Positions 50,315 through 59,998 of a DNA stretch of 64,000 bases are shown here, piece after piece. The stretch lies in the NCBI GenBank assembly GCA_965207065.1, contig OZ242260.1:1696001-1760000 (forward strand), in the 5' to 3' direction. A program made the position numbers and the translations under genes. Within the stretch, counting starts at the first letter, position 1. Every line of letters begins with the position of its first letter. A model generated the notes under the pieces. That model did no database searches. It saw only the letters and a program-made list of their open reading frames with translations, and was not told where the DNA came from. This DNA is from a bacterium (GTDB lineage: Bacteria > UBA8248).

Positions 50315-51199
50315 TTACGTGGATTTCACCTCTTTGATCATTTCGGCGTAGCCCTCCCGGTAGGACGGATAGAGAAAGCGGTAGCCGCTGGATTTGAGCC
50401 TGGCGTTCGAGCACCTCTTGTTCGTCGCCGCGCGCGCGGAGGGTGCTTCACCGCCCCCGGTTTCACGCGGGTGCGGGACGCCCATACGTTCGGCCAGCCA
50501 AATCAACACTTTACGCCGGTCGGCGGGCTCATCGTCGACGCCGACGTATATCTCATCCGGCGCGTCCAGCTTCATGAGGTGGGCCAGCGCGCCCGCGCAG
50601 TCGTCGCGGTGGATGCGGTTCGTGAAGTGGGGCGGACCCTTGTGGACTACGGCCCGGCCCGCCCGGACGGAATCTATCAGGCGCGTGCGTCCGGGGCCGT
50701 AAATGCCTGAAAGACGGAGGATTGTGGCGGCGTAGCCACTCTCCAGCAATATCAGCTCGCCTTCCAGCAGGATGCGGCCCGCGTAATGGGTCGGCAGCGT
50801 GGGTGATTCCTCATCCACCCGGCTGCCGTCTGTTTGCGCGTAGACGGCCGTGCTCGATGTGAAGAAGATTCGTCTGGGCCTTTCTCCTTTATTATCAAGC
50901 GCTTTGATGAGATTTTTCGGGCCGTCGACATACGCCGCCCGGTAACCGGACTCGCCGCCGCCGCCCGAGGAGAGGGTGTAGAAGATGTAATCGAGGCCAC
51001 CTGGGAGGAGGCCGCCCAGGTCTTTGTCGTGAACGTCCGCGCTCAGCGGCTTGATGGATTCGGGCAGATTTTCGGGATTCCGGCGCATGCCCCAGACGAG
51101 ATGGCCCTCACCTGCGAGCGCCGCGCCGAGCGCCGCGCCGACATAGCCGCATCCTACGATGAGAACGTTCGCCATGAGGGGCCTGTTCTTTGAAATCAT
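50315..51199 (-). CDS. NAD-dependent epimerase/SDR (YeeZ-like)
   Basis: GCGYVG, SSTAVY, RLSGIYGPGR and NRIHRDD. Confidence 0.85.
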   Translation of the reverse strand: MISKNRPLMANVLIVGCGYVGAALGAALAGEGHLVWGMRRNPENLPESIKPLSADVHDKDLGGLLPGGLDYIFYTLSSGGGGESGYRAAYVDGPKNLIKALDNKGERPRRIFFTSSTAVYAQTDGSRVDEESPTLPTHYAGRILLEGELILLESGYAATILRLSGIYGPGRTRLIDSVRAGRAVVHKGPPHFTNRIHRDDCAGALAHLMKLDAPDEIYVGVDDEPADRRKVLIWLAERMGVPHPRETGGGEAPSARAATNKRCSNARLKSSGYRFLYPSYREGYAEMIKEVKST

Positions 51200-51204
51200 T
51201 CGCC

Positions 51205-52053
51205 TTACGGCGATTCGAGGGAGGGAACCTTGCCGCGGAATATGCTTTTCAGATGATGGGGCATGACGCGCAGACCGGCGTAGAACGGGCCGAACTCGCC
51301 ATACCAGACGCTGGCCTCATCGAAGCGCATTTCGTATACGAGGCGCTTGAATACGAGCGGGTCTTGCGAGAAAAGATACACCCCCCACTCCCAATCGTCG
51401 AAGCCGATGCTGCCCGTGATGATTTGCTGGACGCGGCCGGCGTACCGCCTGCCGACGAAGCCGTGTTCGCGCATCATCTGCTGACGCTCCTCGATGGGCA
51501 GGCCGTACCAGTTCTTCTCCTCGCCCCTGCGCTTGTTCATCGGGTAGAAGCACAGGTACCTCGTATTCGGGATGTCCATGTAGAGGCGCTCTTTCATGCG
51601 TTCTCGCTGGTTGTCCATCTCTTCGGACCATTTCGACTTCCACTCGTCGCTTCCCGGCTCGAGACCCTCATCGACGAACCGGGCGTGGAGTTTCACGGTC
51701 ATTTCGTAGAGGCCGAGTTCCAGGAACGATAGGTAGGACGTGGACTCGTCCATATATTCCGCAAGCGCCAGCCGCCGCAGCCCCAGTTCGACCTCATTCA
51801 GGGCATCGAGCGTGGGCCTGAAATGCAGGAACAGCAGATCGCCTTTGTGGCCCAACAGGCTGAACAGGGCGCTCTCGCCGGATTCGGGACGGGCGATGGA
51901 GGTGAAGAATTCCGTCGCTTCATCCAGGATGCGGTGCTGCCGGGCGCTCTCCAGACGGTTCCAGGCGGGCCAGTCGACCTTGAAGATATGGTGCAGAATG
52001 GCCCATCCATCGAGGGTTTCGGGCATCTTGGCGTCTTTTAGGTTCGGATTCAC
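51205..52053 (-). CDS. hemQ: coproheme decarboxylase (HemQ/ChdC), chlorite dismutase superfamily
   Basis: PETLDGW, YPMNKRR..NWY, EHG..GR.YAGRVQQIITGSIGFDDWEW and MRFDEAS. Confidence 0.82.
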   Translation of the reverse strand: MNPNLKDAKMPETLDGWAILHHIFKVDWPAWNRLESARQHRILDEATEFFTSIARPESGESALFSLLGHKGDLLFLHFRPTLDALNEVELGLRRLALAEYMDESTSYLSFLELGLYEMTVKLHARFVDEGLEPGSDEWKSKWSEEMDNQRERMKERLYMDIPNTRYLCFYPMNKRRGEEKNWYGLPIEERQQMMREHGFVGRRYAGRVQQIITGSIGFDDWEWGVYLFSQDPLVFKRLVYEMRFDEASVWYGEFGPFYAGLRVMPHHLKSIFRGKVPSLESP

Positions 52054-52462
52054 AGTTTACTCCCGGAAAATCAATCATATCGGCCATAAGTCGGCTTTCA
52101 AAAGAGATACCCCAGAGTCCGCCATGTTGCAAACATCACGGCAGTGGGGTCGCTTGCGCTAGCGAGATGGATTTGCCTCTTCTGACGGCGGGACCTACGC
52201 TTTCATTCATGGCGGTATTCGGCTTGTTTGCGTAATGAATTCGGGTGAATTCCGAAGTCTGCCACCAAGAGGGTTGACTAAAAGTGAAAGGTGCATTACT
52301 TGAATGGATCAGGTGTTAGTTCCTGACGGTTCCGATCTGATTAGAAGTCATTTTTAAAAGGTTTTGCATCTGAAATCACAGATATTTCGTGTGCGAATGG
52401 TTGCGGCGCACGCTTTTAAAACAGTAGCTGCCAATCAGAAAAATTCTTTGAGAGGAGTAGGT

Positions 52463-53203
52463 ATGATTCCCAAACACTTTCAATTGTGCTGGATGTTTGC
52501 GGTGATGTTGAGCATCGCCTTTGCTGGATCGGCGAATGCTTACAAGGAAGGAAAAGTAAGCGGCGGAGGTTCGATTACCGGAGCGATCAAGTTTGAAGGC
52601 ATGGCTCCGAAATCCAAAACGTTATCCGTGAATAAAGATAAAAAAGTTTGCGGCAAAAAATCGATTAAGGATGAAAGTCTGGTCGTGAAGGACGGCGGCG
52701 TGGTCTGGGCCGTCGTGTCTTTGAAAGGCGTGAAATCCGGCAAGAAGTGGTCGAAAAGCCAGAAAAAAGCGACTGTCGACCAAAAAGGATGCGTCTACCT
52801 GCCCCGCGTGGTGGTGATGAAGCAAAAGTCGAAACTGTTGATGAAGAACAGCGACAAAGTTCTCCACAACGTTCATACCCATCCTGGCAAGACGGGAAAC
52901 TCGGTAGCCAATATAGCGCAGCCCAAGTTCAAGAAAAAACTGAGAATGTCGACACGCTACTTCAAGAAACCCGGCATCCTGAAAGTGACTTGTGACGTTC
53001 ATGACTGGATGAGGGGGTATATTGTCGTTGCGGAGAATCCATATGTGAGCATCACGGGCGGCGGGGGGAAATTCGAGATAAAAGACGTCCCCGCAGGCTC
53101 TTATACCCTCGAGATTTGGCACGAGGTTTTGGGCAAGAAATCCATGAAAGTGTCAGTGAAGGGTGGCGCCGCCACGGCGGTGAACGTTACGCTGAAAAAA
53201 TAA
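52463..53203 (+). CDS. exported cupredoxin-like / carboxypeptidase-regulatory-like domain protein
   Basis: Signal peptide, DQKGC, HNVH, CDVHDWM and VPAGSYTLEIWHE. Confidence 0.7.
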   Translation: MIPKHFQLCWMFAVMLSIAFAGSANAYKEGKVSGGGSITGAIKFEGMAPKSKTLSVNKDKKVCGKKSIKDESLVVKDGGVVWAVVSLKGVKSGKKWSKSQKKATVDQKGCVYLPRVVVMKQKSKLLMKNSDKVLHNVHTHPGKTGNSVANIAQPKFKKKLRMSTRYFKKPGILKVTCDVHDWMRGYIVVAENPYVSITGGGGKFEIKDVPAGSYTLEIWHEVLGKKSMKVSVKGGAATAVNVTLKK

Positions 53204-53220
53204 TTACGAGCCTAACACTA

Positions 53221-53254
53221 ATAGGCGGCGATAATCTCATCGCCGCCTATTTTG
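53221..53254. terminator. bidirectional intrinsic terminator between convergent genes
   Basis: ATAGGCGGCGAT-N6-ATCGCCGCCTAT followed by TTT. Confidence 0.75.
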
Positions 53255-53274
53255 TTAGGAATTGCAATTTCCGT

Positions 53275-54462
53275 TTATCCCTTTTTCCTGCCGGCCGCGA
53301 TCGCGTCTATCGCATTTGCTATCGAATCCATTTCATCTTCCGTGTTCAAATAATGTATGGATACTCTCACGGCGGGAGGCTCCGTTACCACCGCCCTGAG
53401 AATGATTTGGTATTTCCTGTAGAGTCTGTCCACCACTTTTTGAGATTCGACGCCCTGAATCCTAAAAGAAACCAGGCCAGACTGAGCATCTCCTTCAGGT
53501 GTAATGACTTCAACATTCTTGATTGGACGTATCTGGGACAGCAGGCGATTCGCCAGCGCCAGAATTCTTTTTTCGATTGAAATAGGTCCTGTTCTTTTGA
53601 ATTGTTCGACCGCAGTCCGAAATCCAATGAACCCGGGTGTATTGAGAGTTCCGACTTCATAGCGCATTGCGCTCGGCTCAGGGGTGAAAGACAGGGTTTT
53701 CAAACTCTTTTTTTGTGCTGAGCGGAAACTTGCAGATGAAAGCTGAATCTTTTTGCCTGCTCCACGCCTTATATACACGGCGCCCGTGCCATCCGGACCC
53801 ATCAGCCATTTCTGGCCTGATATGGTGTAGACATCTACGCCGGTGTCTTTGATTTTGACTGGTATATGCCCTACGGACTGGGCGCCATCCACGATGAGGA
53901 GGGCGCCTGCGGAGACGCAAATTTCTCCGATTGCTTCAAGAGGAAGTCTCCTGCCATTGAGCCACGTAATATGACTCACGCAAACCACCCTTGTTTTTAG
54001 CGTGATAGCCTTTTCTAAGTTTCTGAGAAGCTGGTCATCATTTTGACCGGTTTTGAATAGTTTCACCTTGATGGGATTTCTCTTCCGCCATACCAACCAG
54101 GGGAGGTAGCCGCCCGGATGCTCCAAATCCGAGACGATCACCTCGTCTCCTGGGTTCCAAGTTAGTCCTGCTGCCGCTAAATTGATTCCGACCGTTGTGT
54201 TGTTGGTCAGGGCTATTTCCGACACTTCTGCGCCGATGAGTTTCGCACAGCTCTCTCGGGTGCGTTTTAGGGCCTTGGAGGTTTCATTTCTGATTGTCGG
54301 ATGAAACGAGCCGAGTTCCAAATCGCGTTTTGTGAACTTGTCCATTTCACGAAGAATCGATTTCGACGATGGTCCTCCGCCACCCCAATTTACGTAAATT
54401 TGATTTTTTAGGGCCGGGACATCTGAACGCAGCCGTTGGATTTTATTATTATCGAGAGGCAT
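53275..54462 (-). CDS. class V PLP aminotransferase (cysteine desulfurase/C-S lyase-like)
   Basis: NTTVGIN, DLEHP, VDGAQSVG, SGQKWLMGP and RVSIHYLN. Confidence 0.85.
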   Translation of the reverse strand: MPLDNNKIQRLRSDVPALKNQIYVNWGGGGPSSKSILREMDKFTKRDLELGSFHPTIRNETSKALKRTRESCAKLIGAEVSEIALTNNTTVGINLAAAGLTWNPGDEVIVSDLEHPGGYLPWLVWRKRNPIKVKLFKTGQNDDQLLRNLEKAITLKTRVVCVSHITWLNGRRLPLEAIGEICVSAGALLIVDGAQSVGHIPVKIKDTGVDVYTISGQKWLMGPDGTGAVYIRRGAGKKIQLSSASFRSAQKKSLKTLSFTPEPSAMRYEVGTLNTPGFIGFRTAVEQFKRTGPISIEKRILALANRLLSQIRPIKNVEVITPEGDAQSGLVSFRIQGVESQKVVDRLYRKYQIILRAVVTEPPAVRVSIHYLNTEDEMDSIANAIDAIAAGRKKG

Positions 54463-54485
54463 TTTTTATTCCTTATATAGGGATT

Positions 54486-56396
54486 TTATCTCGCGTCTGG
54501 TCGAAGCACTCTTTTATCTTCCACCCGCAGTGTAATCCGCGCAGTATCAAAATATTCAAGTAAAGGTATGGCGTGTTTTCTGGTTATACCCAGGAGATCC
54601 CGGAATTCGGCAGCCGTAATTTCGTTGTTTTGCGATAGATGCTCTCTAAGAAGGTTTTCTGCTTCTCTCAATGCGATCTGATGATAGATAATATTGTCCT
54701 TCAGTCGCAATAATGCACCCTGGTCGATTAGGATTTGCAGGGCATTACGATTCGAATTGCCTTTGCCGCCACTTTGTGAGAATGCGTCTTCGACGGATGG
54801 CGGTTGAAAATGGGCATTCTTGTAAACGGACTCCAGTTTCGTTTTCACTTCTCCGAGTTTTTCATCAATTTCTACTGAATGGGAGGCGAGTCTTAATATG
54901 GCGCCATTTTCAACGATTTCGTTTGATTCGCTTAAGTGTTTGAGTGCGGCGGCAAAGATTTTTTCATTGATTTCGCCCGCCTTACCGCGAACTTCTTCCC
55001 TGGGCGCCCCTGTGCGAAGAGGGTTCTCAGCATGATATTCACACAAAAAAGAGAGAATATTTTTCTGGGAGGTGTTGAAATGCGCTGTAGTCATGGAGAA
55101 AAAATTGGTTTGGTCGATAATTTGCACTTCTCTTTGGGACGATAATTCCTGAATGGTTTTCTGGATGTCGCTCGGCTTTAGTGTGAGACGACCTGTGAGG
55201 TCAGCAAGTTCGACTCCGTTCAACCGTGAGTCCCGGAGCAATATGAGCAGTCTTTCCGTCTCATCCCCTTGATGAAGTGATTTCAGGTGCTCCAGGGATG
55301 AACTCCGCAATCGCCTATGCTTGCGAGGCATTATATCCAGGATTTCCCCACCACCTATCGTGATGATTGGCGAATAGCTCCGGATGACGAATCGATCTCT
55401 GGGCAGTACGACAATAGGCTCCTCCAACCGAATTTGTGCAAATGAGCTATCTCCCGGTTCAAGCGCATCTCGTCCGATGAGAGATATCCTGCCCATGATT
55501 TCGGCTGTACCCGCATGGAACCGAATGCGGTTCCGGGTTTTCAGCGGGCGGGGCGCGTCGGCCAGATGTTCCAGATGCACGTCGAGCATATATGTTGTTT
55601 TCAGTTCACCACGATGACCGATGATGTCTCCTCTGAACACCTCGGCGCGTTCGAGACCCTGTAGATTCACGGCAGTTCTGAGGCCGGCAGTTGATTTTCC
55701 AACAGACTCCCCATGAACTTGCAAGCCACGAACGCGCGCCTGAAGGGCCTTGGGATAAACTTCAACCTGTTCTCCTACTGCCACACTTCCACTGAACAGG
55801 GTTCCCGTTATCACGACCCCGAATCCCCTCATCGTGAAGACGCGGTCAATCGGAATTCGAAAGATACCCGTTTCGCTTTTTGTGGGTGTTTGATCAGCGA
55901 TTTCGTTCAATATTTTTTTGAGATTTTCCAGACCATCACCGGTGTGAGCCGAAACCGGCACAATTGGTTTTTCTTCCAGGAATGTGTCTTTTACGAAGTC
56001 CTGTATGTCGTCCGTGACAAGTTCGACCCATTCCGGTTCGACCAGATCAGTCTTGGTGAGCACAATAAGGCCGGATTTTATGCCGAGAAGTCGACAAATC
56101 GACAAATGCTCCCTCGTTTGCGGCATGACGCCTTCATCGGCAGCAACGATCAGCATGACCAAATCGATGCCGCCGACTCCAGCCAGCATATTTTTTACGA
56201 ATCGCTCATGGCCAGGAACGTCCACAATACCTGCGTAGACGTTATCGAGAATCAACTCGGCGAACCCGAGTTCGATGGTGATGCCGCGCTCTTTTTCCTC
56301 TTTGAGGCGGTCGGTATCTGTGCCGGTCAATGCCTTGACGAGAGAGGTTTTGCCATGATCGATGTGGCCGGCGGTTCCGATGACAACATGCTTCAT
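54486..56396 (-). CDS. selB: selenocysteine-specific elongation factor
   Basis: [23 protein letters not shown] and C-terminal [13 protein letters not shown]. Confidence 0.95.
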   Translation of the reverse strand: MKHVVIGTAGHIDHGKTSLVKALTGTDTDRLKEEKERGITIELGFAELILDNVYAGIVDVPGHERFVKNMLAGVGGIDLVMLIVAADEGVMPQTREHLSICRLLGIKSGLIVLTKTDLVEPEWVELVTDDIQDFVKDTFLEEKPIVPVSAHTGDGLENLKKILNEIADQTPTKSETGIFRIPIDRVFTMRGFGVVITGTLFSGSVAVGEQVEVYPKALQARVRGLQVHGESVGKSTAGLRTAVNLQGLERAEVFRGDIIGHRGELKTTYMLDVHLEHLADAPRPLKTRNRIRFHAGTAEIMGRISLIGRDALEPGDSSFAQIRLEEPIVVLPRDRFVIRSYSPIITIGGGEILDIMPRKHRRLRSSSLEHLKSLHQGDETERLLILLRDSRLNGVELADLTGRLTLKPSDIQKTIQELSSQREVQIIDQTNFFSMTTAHFNTSQKNILSFLCEYHAENPLRTGAPREEVRGKAGEINEKIFAAALKHLSESNEIVENGAILRLASHSVEIDEKLGEVKTKLESVYKNAHFQPPSVEDAFSQSGGKGNSNRNALQILIDQGALLRLKDNIIYHQIALREAENLLREHLSQNNEITAAEFRDLLGITRKHAIPLLEYFDTARITLRVEDKRVLRPDAR

Positions 56397-56444
56397 AAGG
56401 TGATATCGCCTTCGTGGTTGATAGGCGAGTAATGGAAAAATCGA

Positions 56445-57248
56445 TTAGTCATGACGTTGGATGAATTCCAGGATGGCCTCATTGAATTCAACCGGTTTCT
56501 CGATATATACGAAATGACCACCTTCATCAAAAATTTTCAATTCAGCCTCAGGGATGGCATCACACAATTGATGAGAATAGTACGGTGGAGTTACTACGTC
56601 GTCTCTTGCGACGGCCACCAGCACCGGACATGTAATTTGGCCTAAGCGGTCCAACTGATCATGCGCAATGATGCAGTCGATTCTCTCAGCCATTATCTCA
56701 GCTGGAGGCGCGTTGGCGATCGATTGGTTTTCCTGCATTTGAATTCCTTGAAAATTGTCGGTGAAAAACTTTGGGCTATGCAAGGTGAATGTGGAGAATC
56801 TCGTGTAAGTTTCCCATCCCATATTGAGTAAAACTTCTTTGCGTACGCTGAACTGGCGGGTGAAATATGCGTCGCTCCTGGGCCAGGAACTAACGATAGA
56901 CCCGCTTTTGACACGATCGTGATAGTCAATACACATAACCTGGATGATGGCGCCCCCCGTTGAACTGCCGACGAGATGCGCTTTTTCTATTTCAAGGTCA
57001 TCCATGATGGCGGTGATGTCTTTCGCCATGTTGGGAACGCTGTATACTCCGCTTGGTTTAGCGCTTTTCCCCGTTCCTCTGTGGTCATGAAGGATAAGAG
57101 GCCTCGTAGCAGAAAATGCTTCGATTTGATTTGCCCATACTGAGCGGATGCCACCCAGCCCGGTGATCAAGAATACAGGCGTATCGGTATGCTGGGGATT
57201 AATGAATTCGTAATCTATTGCAACACCTTCGGAATTAACGGTTGGCAT
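56445..57248 (-). CDS. alpha/beta hydrolase, RutD-like
   Basis: GLGG..W, HDHRGTGKS, GSSTGG nucleophile elbow and GGH. Confidence 0.8.
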   Translation of the reverse strand: MPTVNSEGVAIDYEFINPQHTDTPVFLITGLGGIRSVWANQIEAFSATRPLILHDHRGTGKSAKPSGVYSVPNMAKDITAIMDDLEIEKAHLVGSSTGGAIIQVMCIDYHDRVKSGSIVSSWPRSDAYFTRQFSVRKEVLLNMGWETYTRFSTFTLHSPKFFTDNFQGIQMQENQSIANAPPAEIMAERIDCIIAHDQLDRLGQITCPVLVAVARDDVVTPPYYSHQLCDAIPEAELKIFDEGGHFVYIEKPVEFNEAILEFIQRHD

Positions 57249-57309
57249 CGGAATATTGCCCCCTGTTTTCGTTTTGACGAGAGAAATAAAATATAGACAA
57301 GGCTGTCGA

Positions 57310-58752
57310 CTAATTTGTGAATTCGTTGAGAATCACGCCAAGCTGATACATTTCATCTTCTTGAATACATCTCAGATCCAGAATTACTTTATCCTCATGA
57401 ATACGCGCCACTACCGGTGGAGTACCATGGCGCAACTTGGTTTCCAAGGATTTGGCGGAAGATTTTTTGGGCGATAATGTAACGGCGAAGCTATCGAGTT
57501 TCGCCAGGGGCATCGCCCCGCCGCCTACCATCCCCGAAGTTTCTTCCACCCTGGCGCCAAGCAAAGAACAAGTATGTTTCCCCATCAGATTCATCAGACG
57601 TTCAGCCTGTTTTTTCAGTTTTTCTCGGTTGGTGGACAACATTTGAAGAGTCGGGATATGGGTGTAGGCGGTATCCGGGTCGAGATATACCTTGAGTGTC
57701 GCCTCCAAGGCGGCGAGCGTAAGCTTGTCGAGCCTGAGAATGCGCATGAGCGGGTGTTTTTTCATTTTCTCCACCCATATCGCCTTTCCTACAACAATGC
57801 CTGCCTGTGGCCCACCAAGAAGCTTGTCCCCGGAGAAGGTAACGACATCGATTCCTGCTCGAATTGATTCTATGACAGTGGGTTCATGCGGAAGACCGTC
57901 TACATGAAGAAGTGAGCCGCTACCGAGATCTTCCAGCGTGGGTATACTAGTTTCTTTGCCTAGTTCAGAGAGTTCATCGCGAGATGCTTCTTCTGTGAAG
58001 CCGACAATCCTGTAATTACTTGTATGCGCTTTCAGCAGCAATGCCGTATCTTGGGTAATGGCGTTGCGGTAATCGGAAATCCTCGTTTTGTTCGTTGTCC
58101 CTACTTCTACTAATTTTGCGCCGCTTTGGCGCATGATATCTGGAATTCGGAATGAACCGCCAATTTCAACCAACTCACCTCTTGAAACGATCACTTCGGC
58201 GGCATTTGCCATCGTGTGAATCGCGAACATAACGGCCGCAGCGTTATTGTTGACCACTAATGCCGACTCCGCACCAGTAAGTTGGCAAAGGAGAGATTCC
58301 ACATCGGACCCTCTTTTACCTCTCTTCCCAAGGTGCAAATCGAATTCCAGATTTGAATATCCTTGTGCCATATTATTGAGGGCGGCTCTTGCGGCTTCAC
58401 TTAAGGGTGCTCGACCCAGATTTGTGTGTAGGACGATTCCTGTGGCGTTGATGACTTTTTTCAAGCCGAGTTGTTTATTCGAGGAAAGGATTTGTTTTGC
58501 TTCATCTAGAACGATATCGCGAATTGTTTGCTCGGACAGCGATGCGTTTTCCGTAGTTTTCGGGAAATCCTGGCTCATTTGTTCAAGCAGGAGCTGTCTT
58601 CTCGTTCCGATTGCTTTTCTGACGGCATCGGATAGGGCAGTGTCTGATGAGCCGTTGACACCGTCATCTTTAAGACGGGTAACGATTTCATCCACCGAAG
58701 GCAATAATCGAAGAAGCTTGGATTGAAGATTTCGAGCGTCTGGAGAAGTCAT
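57310..58752 (-). CDS. selA: L-seryl-tRNA(Sec) selenium transferase
   Basis: INATGIVLHTNLGRA, EIGGSFRIP, EVGTTN and FSGDKLLGGPQAG. Confidence 0.95.
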   Translation of the reverse strand: MTSPDARNLQSKLLRLLPSVDEIVTRLKDDGVNGSSDTALSDAVRKAIGTRRQLLLEQMSQDFPKTTENASLSEQTIRDIVLDEAKQILSSNKQLGLKKVINATGIVLHTNLGRAPLSEAARAALNNMAQGYSNLEFDLHLGKRGKRGSDVESLLCQLTGAESALVVNNNAAAVMFAIHTMANAAEVIVSRGELVEIGGSFRIPDIMRQSGAKLVEVGTTNKTRISDYRNAITQDTALLLKAHTSNYRIVGFTEEASRDELSELGKETSIPTLEDLGSGSLLHVDGLPHEPTVIESIRAGIDVVTFSGDKLLGGPQAGIVVGKAIWVEKMKKHPLMRILRLDKLTLAALEATLKVYLDPDTAYTHIPTLQMLSTNREKLKKQAERLMNLMGKHTCSLLGARVEETSGMVGGGAMPLAKLDSFAVTLSPKKSSAKSLETKLRHGTPPVVARIHEDKVILDLRCIQEDEMYQLGVILNEFTN

Positions 58753-58909
58753 GCCGCATCCCTTATATGAATACGATTGTCGACTATAAGATTGCAGGTT
58801 TTGAATGGTCAAGTCGTTAATATCAAGGTTGGCTTAAGAGTCAATATTCTATGGATGGAGGTAATCGCCCGAAAGGGGGATGGGGGGATTTCCCCGATTT
58901 GAATTCATC

Positions 58910-58938
58910 TTGACACTCGTTGAACCCCTTGGTAGTGT
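58910..58938 (+). promoter_or_regulatory. sigma70-type promoter candidate
   Basis: TTGACA-17 nt-TAGTGT upstream of 59036. Confidence 0.5.
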
Positions 58939-59035
58939 TCGCGCACAAATCCCGGCATGCCTATGATTTTTAACAAGCTGTTTACATTTCGTTCAATTTG
59001 ATTTGTACTTTGAAACTTTAAAAGCAGGGTAGTAC

Positions 59036-59980
59036 ATGAACACCCGCCAGAATGAGCTTTCGATTTTCGTTCCTGAGAAAAATAAAGTTGTCGTTCCTTT
59101 TATGCGCGATGTTTTTACGATTCCCAGGAATTCTCGTCATAAGCCCAAGCTCATCGGGTCCGTCTGCAGGGAATGCGAGGAGTATTTTTTCCCGAAGACC
59201 GGCTCGAAAACCACTTGCGATAATCCCGTCTGTCCTCGCAGCACAAGCGAGGTGTTTTTGAGCGGGAAGGGAAAGCTTCTTTCGGCCACGATCACGCACT
59301 CTTCTGTAGATGGTAATGTGGAATATGCTTCTGCGGTCATACTCCTGAATGAGGGGATAAAGATAAATTCCCATTTGATCGGATGGGAAGGATATCGGGA
59401 CATGCTGATTCCGGGCTCTCCGGTGGAACTCGTGTTGCAGGATCTCGGAGAGAATGAATGGCGCGAAACGCAGGTGGGGTATGCTTTTCGATTGATAACG
59501 GGGCGCAGAAAACCCGTTTTCCCGCCAACTGAAGAAGAGAAACGGGCGGCCGAGGCGGCACGGGCGGAAAGTGAGAAAAGGTCGAAAAGACAACAGGCGC
59601 GGCAGAAGAAAGCAGCCCCTAAGAAAGCACAGGCGCAGAAAAAGCGAACGGCGGCCAGGAAAAAAGCCTCCGTTTTGAAGAAAAAATCAGCTGCCACCCC
59701 CAGGAAAACCGCTTCGGCGAAGAGCAAAGCGCAGAGTACACGGGGGAAAGCGGTTACCGCGAAGAAAAAATCGGCGGCGACGCGGAAAACGGCGGCGAAA
59801 AAGAAAACGAGCACCGCCCAGGCCGCGAATCCTGCGAACAGGAGCGCCACCGCCAAGAAAGCCGCTGCAGGCAAGGCGTCCCGGGCGAAGGCGCCTCAGA
59901 AAACAGCGTCCAGGAAAGCAGCCCCGAAAAAAACCACGCAGAAGAAAACGGCCGTCAAAACCACCAGAAAACGCCGCTAG
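59036..59980 (+). CDS. Zn-ribbon/OB-fold (DUF35-like) protein with a histone-H1-like Lys/Ala tail
   Basis: CRECEEYFFP..CDNPVC, LSGKGKL and GSPVELV, followed by a long KKAAPKK-type tail. Confidence 0.7.
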   Translation: MNTRQNELSIFVPEKNKVVVPFMRDVFTIPRNSRHKPKLIGSVCRECEEYFFPKTGSKTTCDNPVCPRSTSEVFLSGKGKLLSATITHSSVDGNVEYASAVILLNEGIKINSHLIGWEGYRDMLIPGSPVELVLQDLGENEWRETQVGYAFRLITGRRKPVFPPTEEEKRAAEAARAESEKRSKRQQARQKKAAPKKAQAQKKRTAARKKASVLKKKSAATPRKTASAKSKAQSTRGKAVTAKKKSAATRKTAAKKKTSTAQAANPANRSATAKKAAAGKASRAKAPQKTASRKAAPKKTTQKKTAVKTTRKRR

Positions 59981-59998
59981 AGAGCTCTCCCGCACCCG

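Noticed and set aside
52100-59030. tRNA-Sec (selC) near selAB
   Set aside because: No cloverleaf with a TCA anticodon could be found by eye in the intergenic gaps.
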